In this document: in pieces, positions 38,281 through 48,172 of the stretch
Numbering within the stretch: the stretch's first letter is position 1
Layout of the letters: each line of letters opens with the position of its first letter
Source: a virus
Reading direction: 5' to 3' (one strand)
IMG/VR virus record: IMGVR_UViG_3300025141_012845
Location: 11,719-75,718 of that record
Length of the DNA stretch: 64,000 nt
Notes under the pieces: model-generated
Told to the model about the DNA's origin: nothing
The model's database searches: none
The model's input: the letters and a program-made list of their open reading frames with translations, nothing else
Translations under genes and position numbers: made by a program

Positions 38281-39438
38281 TTAGCCTCTAACAATCTGGC
38301 AAATGTGCTCAATCTCACTCTCTGTTAGTTCTGGATAGTTTGGAAGGAAGAACCCGTTTCTATGGATTCTATTGCTAACTTCGTCTTCAAACTTGCCATA
38401 TTCTTCGTACCAAAATGGATGTTGACCCAAATTACCTGCACTGAAGATTCTGGTTTCGACTCCGTTATCTACCAGCCTTGATACAATATCTTTTCGATGC
38501 TCTCCGCTTTCTGCTAGAGCCCCAAATGATATGGAAACAGGCTTGTGATCATACCAGTTCTGGTATTGGACATATCCTTCTAGATTCTTTGCATACGCAA
38601 CGTGGTTCTCATATCTACGTGTTGCTGCCCAATTTGCTTTGGCTACCTGTCTGATTCCTATAAATGACTGCAGATCTGTTGCTCTTAGATTCAAGCCTGT
38701 AGTAAAGAATGTAAACGGCTTATGAAAATCATCTACTTCATATTTGTTCATAAGTCGATTATACTCGCTTTCTTCCAAATCCTTTCCCCAGCCATGGCTT
38801 CGCAACATCATGAGCATTTGATAAATTTCAAAGTCGTCCGTATTAACCATTCCCCCTTCAATGGTGGATAATTGGTGTCCAAAATAAAAAGAAAATGAAG
38901 ACATATTACCAACTGTACCAACTTTTGCACCATCAGAATACTCGGCTCCCAATGCTGCACATCCATCCTCTAAGAGATAAAAGCCATACTTTTCTTGAAG
39001 CTCAAGCATTCGTTCTCTATAATGTGGCACGCCTAAAACCTGAACAAAGATTACTGCTGCAGGATTCTCCTTTTCACAAACTCTTTCTAGTTGATCTAAA
39101 TCCATGCCGAATGTTTCTTTATCTGCTCCGACCATTATTGGTTGAAGTCCAAATTGCATTACTGGAGCAACAGTTGTTACCCACCCAACCGATGGCACAA
39201 CAACCTTATCATTCTTAAGTTTGCCAGCCTTTAACGCTGCGTAAACCATTAGGAGATTGGCGGAAGATCCAGAGTTACAGAAAACTGAATACTTTGTTCC
39301 GATGTAGTCTGCCCATTTTCTCTCAAACTGTTCCGTTAAGTTTCCTTTCGTCAATCTCGGATAACTTTTAAGCCAATTACAAAGGGCATCTATGTCATCT
39401 TCATTAATAGTTTCTTTCGCTAGTGGGTATTTTATCAT
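38281..39438 (-). CDS. DegT/DnrJ-fold PLP enzyme, ColD-type NDP-4-keto-6-deoxyhexose 3-dehydratase
   Basis: NSGSSANLL; SFYFGHQLSTIEGG has His at the position of the aminotransferase Lys; LRSHGW with no Fe-S Cys cluster. Confidence 0.78.
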   Translation of the reverse strand: MIKYPLAKETINEDDIDALCNWLKSYPRLTKGNLTEQFERKWADYIGTKYSVFCNSGSSANLLMVYAALKAGKLKNDKVVVPSVGWVTTVAPVMQFGLQPIMVGADKETFGMDLDQLERVCEKENPAAVIFVQVLGVPHYRERMLELQEKYGFYLLEDGCAALGAEYSDGAKVGTVGNMSSFSFYFGHQLSTIEGGMVNTDDFEIYQMLMMLRSHGWGKDLEESEYNRLMNKYEVDDFHKPFTFFTTGLNLRATDLQSFIGIRQVAKANWAATRRYENHVAYAKNLEGYVQYQNWYDHKPVSISFGALAESGEHRKDIVSRLVDNGVETRIFSAGNLGQHPFWYEEYGKFEDEVSNRIHRNGFFLPNYPELTESEIEHICQIVRG

Positions 39439-39461
39439 TTTATTTTTCCATTGGTTTAGTT

Positions 39462-40412
39462 TTATAGATTCTCAACAATCTTAATCGGTGCTCTTTCATA
39501 AAATTTCATGTTTTCTAGTTTTGGATTTGAATATCTAATCATTGATTCCTCTAGTGTTTCCTCTATAAGAAGAAACAATGACTTTCCCAATTCGCGATAC
39601 ACTTCCTTGTCCAAATATTCATAACGATAGTTTTCTAAATGTTTCTTTTCTCTCTTTGAGGCATCATGGAAAAGTGATTTTTCATTATCCACTATGATTC
39701 CAAAGTCAATAGAAACTCTCACTCCTCCATCGTTTAAAACAGTTCTGTGTACACAAGCTTGATCGAACACACTAAGATACCCCATTCTAGCATATCCTAT
39801 GAGTTTTTTATCCTTAAATTTTTTTAATCCGTCATCATAGTTCTTTAATGGCAAAAAGAAGTCATCGGTCAAACCTTGTGGCTCAAAAAATTCCACCGTT
39901 GTTGTGGGGTCTCCTGTCAGTGGAACTGCGATTATAGCGTCTCCAACATGAGAGGCCCATGCATCAGAATGTAGTTTAGTGGTAGCAAGAGGGCGATTAT
40001 GATCTACGCTGTTCTTTGCTCCGGAAACCACCCTTATTGTGCAAGGTTGCAACGCAAGACAACTATCTAAAATTCCTGATTGTTGGAGTGCTTCAACAAC
40101 GCTTTTTTGTAAAGCATTGTATTCTACAATATTGTCCCTTTTCGGGTGAAAAGCCCCATTTTTTGTCCTATTAGGCAAATTCAATATTTCTTCTTTATAC
40201 CTGTCTAAAAAGTCATCGCAAAGGACAAATTCTTCCTCATAAAAACAACTCAAAGTTTTAAAAACATAATCAATTACACGATCAACCATGTTTTTATATA
40301 AACTGGTGGGCAACTTCGTATCAAAGTATATTCCATAGTCCCTATCAGTCTGAGACACAGATCTCATTTCACTATACAGGTCTGATCTTCCTTTTACGAC
40401 ATCATCTGCCAT
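39462..40412 (-). CDS. Putative Fe(II)/2-oxoglutarate oxygenase-like protein
   Basis: KLHSDAW (HxD)...CVHRT (H)...RVSIDF (RxS) pattern. Confidence 0.55.
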   Translation of the reverse strand: MADDVVKGRSDLYSEMRSVSQTDRDYGIYFDTKLPTSLYKNMVDRVIDYVFKTLSCFYEEEFVLCDDFLDRYKEEILNLPNRTKNGAFHPKRDNIVEYNALQKSVVEALQQSGILDSCLALQPCTIRVVSGAKNSVDHNRPLATTKLHSDAWASHVGDAIIAVPLTGDPTTTVEFFEPQGLTDDFFLPLKNYDDGLKKFKDKKLIGYARMGYLSVFDQACVHRTVLNDGGVRVSIDFGIIVDNEKSLFHDASKREKKHLENYRYEYLDKEVYRELGKSLFLLIEETLEESMIRYSNPKLENMKFYERAPIKIVENL

Positions 40413-40956
40413 TTTCGAACACCGTCTCTCTCATTGTCTTACCATTTTCATCTCTTTCTGATAAAGTGGGGTTCATAGTCGGCCAATGAATGTTTAAATC
40501 CGGATCGCTCCACCTTACAGTGATTTGATCATCTGGCCCGCTATACTTTTTAGACCATTTGTAGAAAAATACGCATTTTTCGGTTAAACAAACGTGGCCG
40601 TTCAAACACCCTGGTGGAACTAGAATCATTGTTGGTTTCTTTTCTGTAAGATGAAAAGTCTTGACTGACTTGAATGTTTGTGAGTCTTTCCTTACATCAA
40701 CAACTGCTAAAAATATTTCTCCATGCATACAACAAATCAATTTATAAGTATCGTAATCACCATGAAGACCTCTTAACACATTTTTTCTAGAAACAGTAAC
40801 TTTATCCTCAACAAACTTCGGAAATATCTCACAATCCTCATAGATCGACCAAATTTCACCTCTTTTATCTAGGAAAGGGTCTAGTTGTATTTCTATCAAA
40901 CCATCGATGTCATGACTTTTAAGGTCTTTTACATATTTCATGGAATAAATTTGCAC
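40402..40956 (-). CDS. rmlC: dTDP-4-dehydrorhamnose 3,5-epimerase family protein
   Basis: FLDKRG, SRKNVLRGLH, KLICC..GEIF.AVVDVRKDS.TF, VPPGCLNGH, WSDPDLNIHWP. Confidence 0.9.
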   Translation of the reverse strand: MQIYSMKYVKDLKSHDIDGLIEIQLDPFLDKRGEIWSIYEDCEIFPKFVEDKVTVSRKNVLRGLHGDYDTYKLICCMHGEIFLAVVDVRKDSQTFKSVKTFHLTEKKPTMILVPPGCLNGHVCLTEKCVFFYKWSKKYSGPDDQITVRWSDPDLNIHWPTMNPTLSERDENGKTMRETVFENGR

Positions 40957-41894
40957 CGCATTTCGTCGTAATCTAACTCTTCCTTTGATAAGAAGAGGTA
41001 TTTGTTGACTACACTTGTCAATCTATCTGGATCTTTAATGTACCCATCTTCATCATATGCCTCTGGATTGTGCTGCATAATGTTGTTACATTCCTCGTAG
41101 CCTAATCCGGCTTCATAAGCCTCCTTGTCATTTACAAACTCCGTCGCATCCCTATCATATAGAAGATTGTTCCACATGTTTGAGTGCTTTTCAGAGACGA
41201 AAGAGGCACACGCTGATGCACCGTCAAGGCTATGCAAATGTCTAACCTGTAGATCTTTCATTATCACCCATTTTTGTTTAACGGAAGCAGCCACATAATT
41301 AAAGGTCGATTCACTACAAAATGCCGCAAATATATCAGGATGTATTTTGTTATATTTTTTATAGATCTCGTTACTAAAAAGGTGTACATGTTGATTTATT
41401 GATTTTCCAATTGGTACTACATAATCCTCATCTTTTACTTGAATTTCTGGAGTTTGATAAACAAACTTATCAGGATCAAGAACGTGTAATGCTTCGTCCG
41501 TGTCTGTTTGAACTGCCACAATGCCATATGGACCTGACTTGAAACACTCGTATACAGAGCTTATCACATTAGTCTGATCCTCAAAACTGCACCCTGAATC
41601 AACATATAGATACCCTTCAAACTCTCCAAAATGCTTAACGCTTTCCTGTATTGCTTTGTTAAACGTGATGTTTACGGTATGTGGATCTGTGTGATAGCAG
41701 TATGAAATCTTATCTTTAAAAGTAGAATATACCTCTTTAAAACACTCTGGGCTGTTCAAACAGGAGGAGAATACGACTCTGTAGCCTTCAAAGTCTTGAT
41801 TTAACAAACTGTTTATGGATTCTATGTACCAATCCGTATTGTCTCTCTTTATCCCACATGTATTATATACTACTAACATTTTTCTGTTTTCCAA
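40938..41894 (-). CDS. Divergent GT-A (GT2-like) glycosyltransferase
   Basis: SINSLLNQDF, FNKAI and YLYVDSG at the DxD-equivalent position; island context. Confidence 0.5.
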   Translation of the reverse strand: MENRKMLVVYNTCGIKRDNTDWYIESINSLLNQDFEGYRVVFSSCLNSPECFKEVYSTFKDKISYCYHTDPHTVNITFNKAIQESVKHFGEFEGYLYVDSGCSFEDQTNVISSVYECFKSGPYGIVAVQTDTDEALHVLDPDKFVYQTPEIQVKDEDYVVPIGKSINQHVHLFSNEIYKKYNKIHPDIFAAFCSESTFNYVAASVKQKWVIMKDLQVRHLHSLDGASACASFVSEKHSNMWNNLLYDRDATEFVNDKEAYEAGLGYEECNNIMQHNPEAYDEDGYIKDPDRLTSVVNKYLFLSKEELDYDEMRCKFIP

Positions 41895-41895
41895 T

Positions 41896-42408
41896 TTATT
41901 CTCCTATGTTTAGAGATAAGATTATCTCTTTTATTATTTTTGCTTGGATTAACTCACCTTTCAATCTGAAAGATTTTATTATACCATTATAGCTTACTTT
42001 GTCGATAATTTTAATAGCCGCATCATTAATTGTCATTAATTCCATTTCTCCGTAAGCCTCTACAGAATCTTCTTTAAATTTTTGAAGGATGCCCTTGCCT
42101 ATTAGAGTTGGCAGTCTCACAACTACTCCCTTCTCGCAATGGCTAAGAAGGTATGCCTCAGCGATTTGTTTACAGTAATTGTACCAGTTTTCTTTTTCAG
42201 AATATGTTGAAACAAAGATTATTTTTTTCTCTGCGTGTTCATCAACAAACTCAGCAAACTTCTCACACTCTATCTGTTGTGTTCTCTGATCCTTATCGTC
42301 AATATTCCAAGTGTGGTATATATAAGTTTCCTCCAAAGGGTCTACACTTTCTAATAAATCTCTAAGTGCGTTTCCTAACTGGCCTCGCCCGTTTATCAGT
42401 TTAAGCAC
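41896..42408 (-). CDS. Short RmlD-like SDR sugar-nucleotide reductase/epimerase
   Basis: NGRGQLG Rossmann loop, FVST, YNYCK (YxxxK), VVRLP; only 170 aa. Confidence 0.65.
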   Translation of the reverse strand: MLKLINGRGQLGNALRDLLESVDPLEETYIYHTWNIDDKDQRTQQIECEKFAEFVDEHAEKKIIFVSTYSEKENWYNYCKQIAEAYLLSHCEKGVVVRLPTLIGKGILQKFKEDSVEAYGEMELMTINDAAIKIIDKVSYNGIIKSFRLKGELIQAKIIKEIILSLNIGE

Positions 42409-43628
42409 TAGACGAACTCCGGATGCTTTAATAACCTCTTTATATTTTGTTGTTGACCCAGAAGTTCTTTTTTAAAATCATCCACATTGTCCTTTGAACT
42501 TTCATACTGATTGTATAACTCCCAGCACATTTTATTGCTTTCGTGTGGTTTGCACAACTCTGTACATTTTGAAAACTTCTCAACATTATCAATAACATTC
42601 ATAACCGACCTTCTCTTCTCGACATTATTCCAAATATCTTTAAAAGAACTCTCCTTGAGGTCTCCGTAACTATATTGTTTATAACCTCTATGATTGGTAC
42701 AGACATAGACATGCCCGTCGGCACCAATACACGGTTGTATTTGAGACCCTAAACACTTCTTATAACTCCTGCCATAAAGGGCTGGATCATTTTCCAAATC
42801 CTGTAGTTTATACCCGTTAATCTGATACTTATCTCCAAGAATATTCTTTGCCTCAGCAAGCAGTGGTTCAACTTTATCGTTCCAGAACTTAATTTTGCGC
42901 TGAACGCCTGATTCTCGTTCTCTATTTACAATTTCTGGCTTGTATTGACAATAATCTACATCAAACTTAGAAAAGAACTTTGCAAAGTCAACTATCTCAT
43001 GATATGTGTCAGGAGTTATAACAAAACCAACTCCAATGTTTATTTTCTTATCTTTTTGGTTATTTACTTCTACTAGTTTGGTCAAGTTTAAGGCCATTTT
43101 ATCCCATGTTTGCCCCTTCTTAGCCCGTCTAACGTTGTTGTACGTTTCCGGCGTTCCTGCGTCCACTGAGAACCTTACCCACGTCATATTATCAACTAAT
43201 GTATCGAACAAGTCCCATTTGTCAAGAAGAGTCCCGTTTGTGAACATTCCCATTTTAATTGAGTTCTCTCCCAAATACTGAATTGCCTCTTTTAAATGTG
43301 GATTCAATGTTGGTTCTCCGCCGCCTGTCCAATTTACGGCACGAACATCCATATCAACAAAATCCCTGCAAACACTCATAAGCATGTCCTTATTCATGAT
43401 TGAACGGTCAAAGGTCTCAAGGTTCTTTGATTCTGGTAAGTGAATATAAGACGATATGCAGAAATAGCACCCGTGATTACATGCATTACTTGGATCAATC
43501 TCAACCAAGACAGGAGGAGATGTCCCCTTTTCAAAAAATTCAATCACCCTATCTGCATTAGCAACAACTTTTGCTTGAGGGTTGAAAATGTTGGTTCCTT
43601 TTGAAAGTATTTTATCGAGACTCTTCAT
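42408..43628 (-). CDS. Radical SAM protein with a SPASM/twitch domain
   Basis: CNHGCYFC, TGGGEPTL, FTNG; C-terminal C...IGADGHVYVC...GDL...SF.DIW...C...C. Confidence 0.9.
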   Translation of the reverse strand: MKSLDKILSKGTNIFNPQAKVVANADRVIEFFEKGTSPPVLVEIDPSNACNHGCYFCISSYIHLPESKNLETFDRSIMNKDMLMSVCRDFVDMDVRAVNWTGGGEPTLNPHLKEAIQYLGENSIKMGMFTNGTLLDKWDLFDTLVDNMTWVRFSVDAGTPETYNNVRRAKKGQTWDKMALNLTKLVEVNNQKDKKINIGVGFVITPDTYHEIVDFAKFFSKFDVDYCQYKPEIVNRERESGVQRKIKFWNDKVEPLLAEAKNILGDKYQINGYKLQDLENDPALYGRSYKKCLGSQIQPCIGADGHVYVCTNHRGYKQYSYGDLKESSFKDIWNNVEKRRSVMNVIDNVEKFSKCTELCKPHESNKMCWELYNQYESSKDNVDDFKKELLGQQQNIKRLLKHPEFV

Positions 43629-44544
43629 TTTTCTTCCCTAACCACTCTAAAAAGAATTTAGTGGGATCTTCAAAATATACACGAATAACATCATCAAAGT
43701 ATTTTTTTGCAGCGCTCGCCCTATTCTCTAATTCTTCCAAAGGTAAGTTATAGACTTCCTTAAGCTTCTCTGCGACCTTGTCAGGTGTCATTTCAATATC
43801 ACAAATCCTAAAAACAAAACTAGTATCGTAATAATCTTCTCCTACAAGATAATAGTCCAAGTCAGAGATTAGAATAGGGACTCGATTATAATAACAACTT
43901 TCCAAAAGTCTTACACTATCAATGCCTGATCCTCTCGGGCACAGCGATAAGCCATTTGCAAGCATTGTATCAATATAGTCTTCTTGAACTTTAGATCCTA
44001 TTTCGGAAGGCCCAGCCCATGTTCTATTTACGTGCATTTCTTTTTCTAATTCCGGAGATGTATGGAGTGCATACACCATGATTGCTCTGCATCCATGATT
44101 CATATATCCTCTAAACCCGAATTTTTTATTATCAGGAAACTCAAACTCCTCACTTCTGTTATTGACAATATCTAACAATAAGTGAGAAAAAGTTGGTCTA
44201 GCGAATAGTTTTTGTATGTTCGAATAAAGTTTTACTGGCCCCATTGTTGTAATAATAGAATTATGCAGCCATCCTGGAATAGGCATCCCTCCTTCTCCTT
44301 CTACATCACATATGTGCTTGTCTTCATTTCCTTCAAAGTACTTAAAAGTCTTAGAAGTATAGCGATTAAAGTGGTCATTAGGTATTTGACCCATGTAGAA
44401 GTAATCCGCTTCCTCTGGAGAGACTAACTCACAGTAGTCTTCGATACCTTTCTTGCTTAAAGGCACTGTATTGAAATATATCTCTGTGTCATCATGAACA
44501 TGTTCACGAGCGTTCGGATAAACATATAGTTTTATTTTATTCAT
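43612..44544 (-). CDS. Exostosin-family (GT47) glycosyltransferase
   Basis: KLYVYP, PEEADYF, Y...M....LSLCPRG.G..SVRLLES....RVPILISD. Confidence 0.8.
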   Translation of the reverse strand: MNKIKLYVYPNAREHVHDDTEIYFNTVPLSKKGIEDYCELVSPEEADYFYMGQIPNDHFNRYTSKTFKYFEGNEDKHICDVEGEGGMPIPGWLHNSIITTMGPVKLYSNIQKLFARPTFSHLLLDIVNNRSEEFEFPDNKKFGFRGYMNHGCRAIMVYALHTSPELEKEMHVNRTWAGPSEIGSKVQEDYIDTMLANGLSLCPRGSGIDSVRLLESCYYNRVPILISDLDYYLVGEDYYDTSFVFRICDIEMTPDKVAEKLKEVYNLPLEELENRASAAKKYFDDVIRVYFEDPTKFFLEWLGKKNEESR

Positions 44545-44557
44545 GTGTGTTCCTCTT

Positions 44558-45400
44558 TTAAAAATTTATTTTTGGTTCTTTGTCCGGAAAAGACATTTTG
44601 TTTAGATTAACATCTTTTACTCTTTTCTTTAAGTCCTCGTAAGATATATCGTATTCTAAATCAAGATTGTTGGCGCATGCTGATAAAAGAGCGCAGTAAA
44701 CTTTATAATCGTAATCTTCATTGCTTAATTCACCCTCAAAAGGTGGGAAGGCTGTTATGCCGCAGTTTGTAAGTTCTTTGATTTTTTCACACCCTTTTAG
44801 CCAAAAATAAAACGCCATATAGTGATCGATATATCTTGCCTTAAAGACAGAAGGGTATATAACACCACCTAATTTATCTTCTATAAAATTGCGAGTTATA
44901 ACTGGGAATCTCGCGCAAGCAACCTTAGTTATATCACTAAATCTAGAATAAAAATTAGTATAATTCTTATCTGGTTGAAAGTTTAGCGGAATATTAAACA
45001 ATTTAGTTGCTAAAGATTCCACCCTTTGCCCGTCCTCCGTATATTGCTCTGGAATCATCAAGATAAAATCTCTTTCCTGTACAATCATACGCAGAATGAC
45101 ATCATACTTAAATTGTTCCCCGTAAAGCATCCCGTCGGTGGCCGGATGAACAATTCTCCCCTTTGACATTTTATACATCTTGTTATAGCCAGCAACACTA
45201 CCTACAGTCTCTTCTTCTTTAATCCACGTCACGCCTTCAATTTCAGGATCAAGTGGCGAATATACTAAAATCTCATAGGTAAACTTTTTAGGGCCGCTAT
45301 CCCATTTAATCTCCTGAATGGACTTTACTACTCTGTGGCAGAACTTTTCGTTTGGCCTTCTGTCATTTAAGGTAGGTAGTAAGAATGATACATCAACCAT
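44558..45400 (-). CDS. GT2-like glycosyltransferase
   Basis: VSFLLPT, YEILVYS, GSVAGYNK.YKMSKG, Y.D near the C-terminus. Confidence 0.6.
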   Translation of the reverse strand: MVDVSFLLPTLNDRRPNEKFCHRVVKSIQEIKWDSGPKKFTYEILVYSPLDPEIEGVTWIKEEETVGSVAGYNKMYKMSKGRIVHPATDGMLYGEQFKYDVILRMIVQERDFILMIPEQYTEDGQRVESLATKLFNIPLNFQPDKNYTNFYSRFSDITKVACARFPVITRNFIEDKLGGVIYPSVFKARYIDHYMAFYFWLKGCEKIKELTNCGITAFPPFEGELSNEDYDYKVYCALLSACANNLDLEYDISYEDLKKRVKDVNLNKMSFPDKEPKINF

Positions 45401-47231
45401 CGTCTTTGTTAAAAATGCTAGGCATTGGAGGATTTTTTGAGATCTCTAATGCCTCTACCTCCATATTAGAATAGAATTCCTCTCTTGGCAAGTAGGGATA
45501 CATATCTTCAATAGGAGTGCTCCATCCAACAATTTTAGGCTCATAAACGTGATATTCGTGACAGTTAACATCACAAACTATTGGGCCATCACTATCTAAA
45601 AACTCTCTGACCTGTTTTCTAACAACATCATAGTCTTCACCGCTATTAATAGACATTGTCTTAACCCCATACGCATCTACAATCTTTAAGAAGTCCGGTG
45701 GGTTATAGCCCTTTGGCCCGCACGCTTCACTTCTACCTTCAAAGTTAACCTCTTGAAATGCTTTCGTAATTCCATAAATATGGTTATTTAAAACAATGGT
45801 CTTAAGATTCACATTATAGTTCAATAATGTCTGCAACTCTTGAATATTCATATTAAATCCGCCATCACCGATGACGCAAACAACGTTCTGAGTTTCATCC
45901 GCTGCAAAACAAGAACCAAGTCCACCAGCAAAAGAGAATCCCATTGGAGAGTTTCCATTATTGGTAATATATCTTTGGCCTGTTTTCGTCTCAAATGCAT
46001 GATTTAAAACAACAATATTGCCTCCACAGTCACCAATTAAGATATCGTTATCCTTCATCTCCTCTGAAAGTATTCTAGCGAAAGCATAAGGATGCACATA
46101 TCTTTGAGTGTCATACATCTCTTTAATGACTGGATCATATTTTTCTTTCCATCCATTCACTCTATTGACCCATCCGGAAAAGTCTGGTAGACTTTGATTT
46201 CTTTCTCTGGCTCTATCCAAAAGCATGTTTATAAAAACTTTTGCATCAGAATAAATGCACTCATCAAACGGAAGTTGTTGAAGCTTCTTCTGGAGTGCTG
46301 GTTTGTCAACATCGACCATATACTTTTTAGCGCCTCTTGCAAAAGTCTCCGGTGTTCCTCCGGTGATTCTACCAGAAATTCTACTACCGATTGCTAAAAG
46401 AAGGTCAGAGTTTTGAATTCCAAAATTACGGCCTGCTCCACCATATGTTCCAATTCTGCCACCATAGTATTCAAAGTCAGAACAAATAATATCTAATGCA
46501 TTCCAAGTTGGAAAACACGGAACTTTTAATTCTCTAGCCAGTTCCAGTATCTCTTTCTCTGCTCCCGCAAGTCGAACTCCTTGTCCGATCATCAAGCATG
46601 GACGCTCGCTACCAGCCAAATCATCAAGATATTTGTCAATTTGCTCGTTAATCTTTTCAGTATCAAAAGAGGTTTTTAACCCACAATCGTATCCTAACAA
46701 CCCTTCTGGTTCAATCTCTGCTTTAGCAACATCAATTGGAATATCAAGAAGTACAGGTCCGGGTCTACCGGTTGTCGCAACATGAATAGCCTTTTCTAGT
46801 TCATAACGAATACTATCTGGATCATCAACAAGTTTAGCATATTTTGTTATTGGCTCCACAATACTGACAATATCAGTTTCCTGAAATCCAATCTGTCTAA
46901 TAGACTTATCTGGCCTCATATATTGTGTTTTGATTTGTCCGGTAATAAAGACACAAGGAACTGAGTCATAAAAACAGTTTCCAATCGGCGTAACAAAGTT
47001 CATCCCGCCTGGTCCACTAGTTGCTATCGCAACGCCAAACTTCCCGGAAATCTTAGCATATCCTTCTGCGGCAAAACCTCCGGCTTGTTCATGCATAACC
47101 GCTACATACTTTGTTTTATCTGTGCGAGTAAACGCATCTATCAAATGTCCATTTGCTGCGCCATATACAACAAAAACATCTTTAATCCCTTGATCTCCGA
47201 TATAATCTATTACGTAGTCTGCTAAATTCAT
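45393..47231 (-). CDS. ThDP-dependent carboligase of the acetolactate synthase family (YerE-like)
   Basis: HEQAGGFAAEGY, TSGPGGMN, GDGGFNMNIQEL...NN, and C-terminal PIEDMYPYLPREEF typical of polysaccharide-locus ThDP enzymes. Confidence 0.85.
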   Translation of the reverse strand: MNLADYVIDYIGDQGIKDVFVVYGAANGHLIDAFTRTDKTKYVAVMHEQAGGFAAEGYAKISGKFGVAIATSGPGGMNFVTPIGNCFYDSVPCVFITGQIKTQYMRPDKSIRQIGFQETDIVSIVEPITKYAKLVDDPDSIRYELEKAIHVATTGRPGPVLLDIPIDVAKAEIEPEGLLGYDCGLKTSFDTEKINEQIDKYLDDLAGSERPCLMIGQGVRLAGAEKEILELARELKVPCFPTWNALDIICSDFEYYGGRIGTYGGAGRNFGIQNSDLLLAIGSRISGRITGGTPETFARGAKKYMVDVDKPALQKKLQQLPFDECIYSDAKVFINMLLDRARERNQSLPDFSGWVNRVNGWKEKYDPVIKEMYDTQRYVHPYAFARILSEEMKDNDILIGDCGGNIVVLNHAFETKTGQRYITNNGNSPMGFSFAGGLGSCFAADETQNVVCVIGDGGFNMNIQELQTLLNYNVNLKTIVLNNHIYGITKAFQEVNFEGRSEACGPKGYNPPDFLKIVDAYGVKTMSINSGEDYDVVRKQVREFLDSDGPIVCDVNCHEYHVYEPKIVGWSTPIEDMYPYLPREEFYSNMEVEALEISKNPPMPSIFNKDDG

Positions 47232-47233
47232 TA

Positions 47234-48154
47234 CTAATCCTTACGAGTTACAGTGTTTGGTGTTAGACTATGATTCGTTGGAAAGCCCTGATCTGTTTCA
47301 TACTTCCACTTTGAATCGCCTAACAACTTTTCAAGTTCTTCATCTTTGATTTCATAGAAATTTTCCTGTGCTGGAAAAACTCCAGTTCGGACTTCTTCCG
47401 CATATTGTTGCAGGGCCGACTGCATTGCTTTACCTGCTTCACAATATCGCTTTACGAACTTAGATTTAAATTCCCAAAACAGCCCCATAAGATCGTGGAA
47501 GATGACCAATTGTCCATCTACCTTATCTCCTGCTCCAATTCCATAAACAGGGATAGAAAGCTCGTTAGCAATAATACCAGCAGGTTCTCTTGGCATTGCT
47601 TCCAAAAGAAGAAATGAACACCCGGCCTCTTGCAGTTTCAAAGCCTGTTCTAAAATAACTTCTGTTTGCTTTGCTGTCTTGCCCTGTACTCTGTACCCTC
47701 CTAGTTTAGCACGAGTATGTGGTGTCAGGCCTAAGTGGCTCATAACTAAGATCCCGGCATCTGCTATTGATTTAATTCTGTCAACCATCGCGCCCTCAAC
47801 CTTAACGCAATCCATTCCTGACCTTACAAATCTACCGGCATTTATAACTGCTTCTTCGTTTGATACTTGATATGACATGTACGGCATGTCACCAATAAGA
47901 AAAGCGTTGTTTGTTCCTCTAGCGACTGCTTCGCAGTGAGAAATCATATTATCCATTGTGACTGGTATTGTTGTCTTGTGTCCTAATGTAGTCATGCCTA
48001 GCGAATCTCCAACCAAGATACAGTCGACACCTGCGCCATCTGAAATCCTTGATTGAGGATAGTCATAGGCGGTTGTCAACACCGTTTTTCTTCCCTCTTC
48101 CTTTTGTCTTCTTAATTTTAATACTGTTACCTTATTCTTATCGTTTGCGGCCAT
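47234..48154 (-). CDS. panB: 3-methyl-2-oxobutanoate hydroxymethyltransferase family protein
   Basis: TAYDY, LVGDSLGM, GDMPYMSY, KVEG, HLGLTP, LLE, GIGAG, DGQ...HD; catalytic motifs look intact. Confidence 0.93.
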   Translation of the reverse strand: MAANDKNKVTVLKLRRQKEEGRKTVLTTAYDYPQSRISDGAGVDCILVGDSLGMTTLGHKTTIPVTMDNMISHCEAVARGTNNAFLIGDMPYMSYQVSNEEAVINAGRFVRSGMDCVKVEGAMVDRIKSIADAGILVMSHLGLTPHTRAKLGGYRVQGKTAKQTEVILEQALKLQEAGCSFLLLEAMPREPAGIIANELSIPVYGIGAGDKVDGQLVIFHDLMGLFWEFKSKFVKRYCEAGKAMQSALQQYAEEVRTGVFPAQENFYEIKDEELEKLLGDSKWKYETDQGFPTNHSLTPNTVTRKD

Positions 48155-48172
48155 TTTTTTCTCCTTTTAATT

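Noticed and set aside
45393-48154. ilvB plus panB as a pantothenate or branched-chain amino acid auxiliary pathway
   Set aside because: No ilvH/C/D or panC/D/E in the window, and both genes sit among glycosyltransferases. This reading is disfavoured, not excluded.
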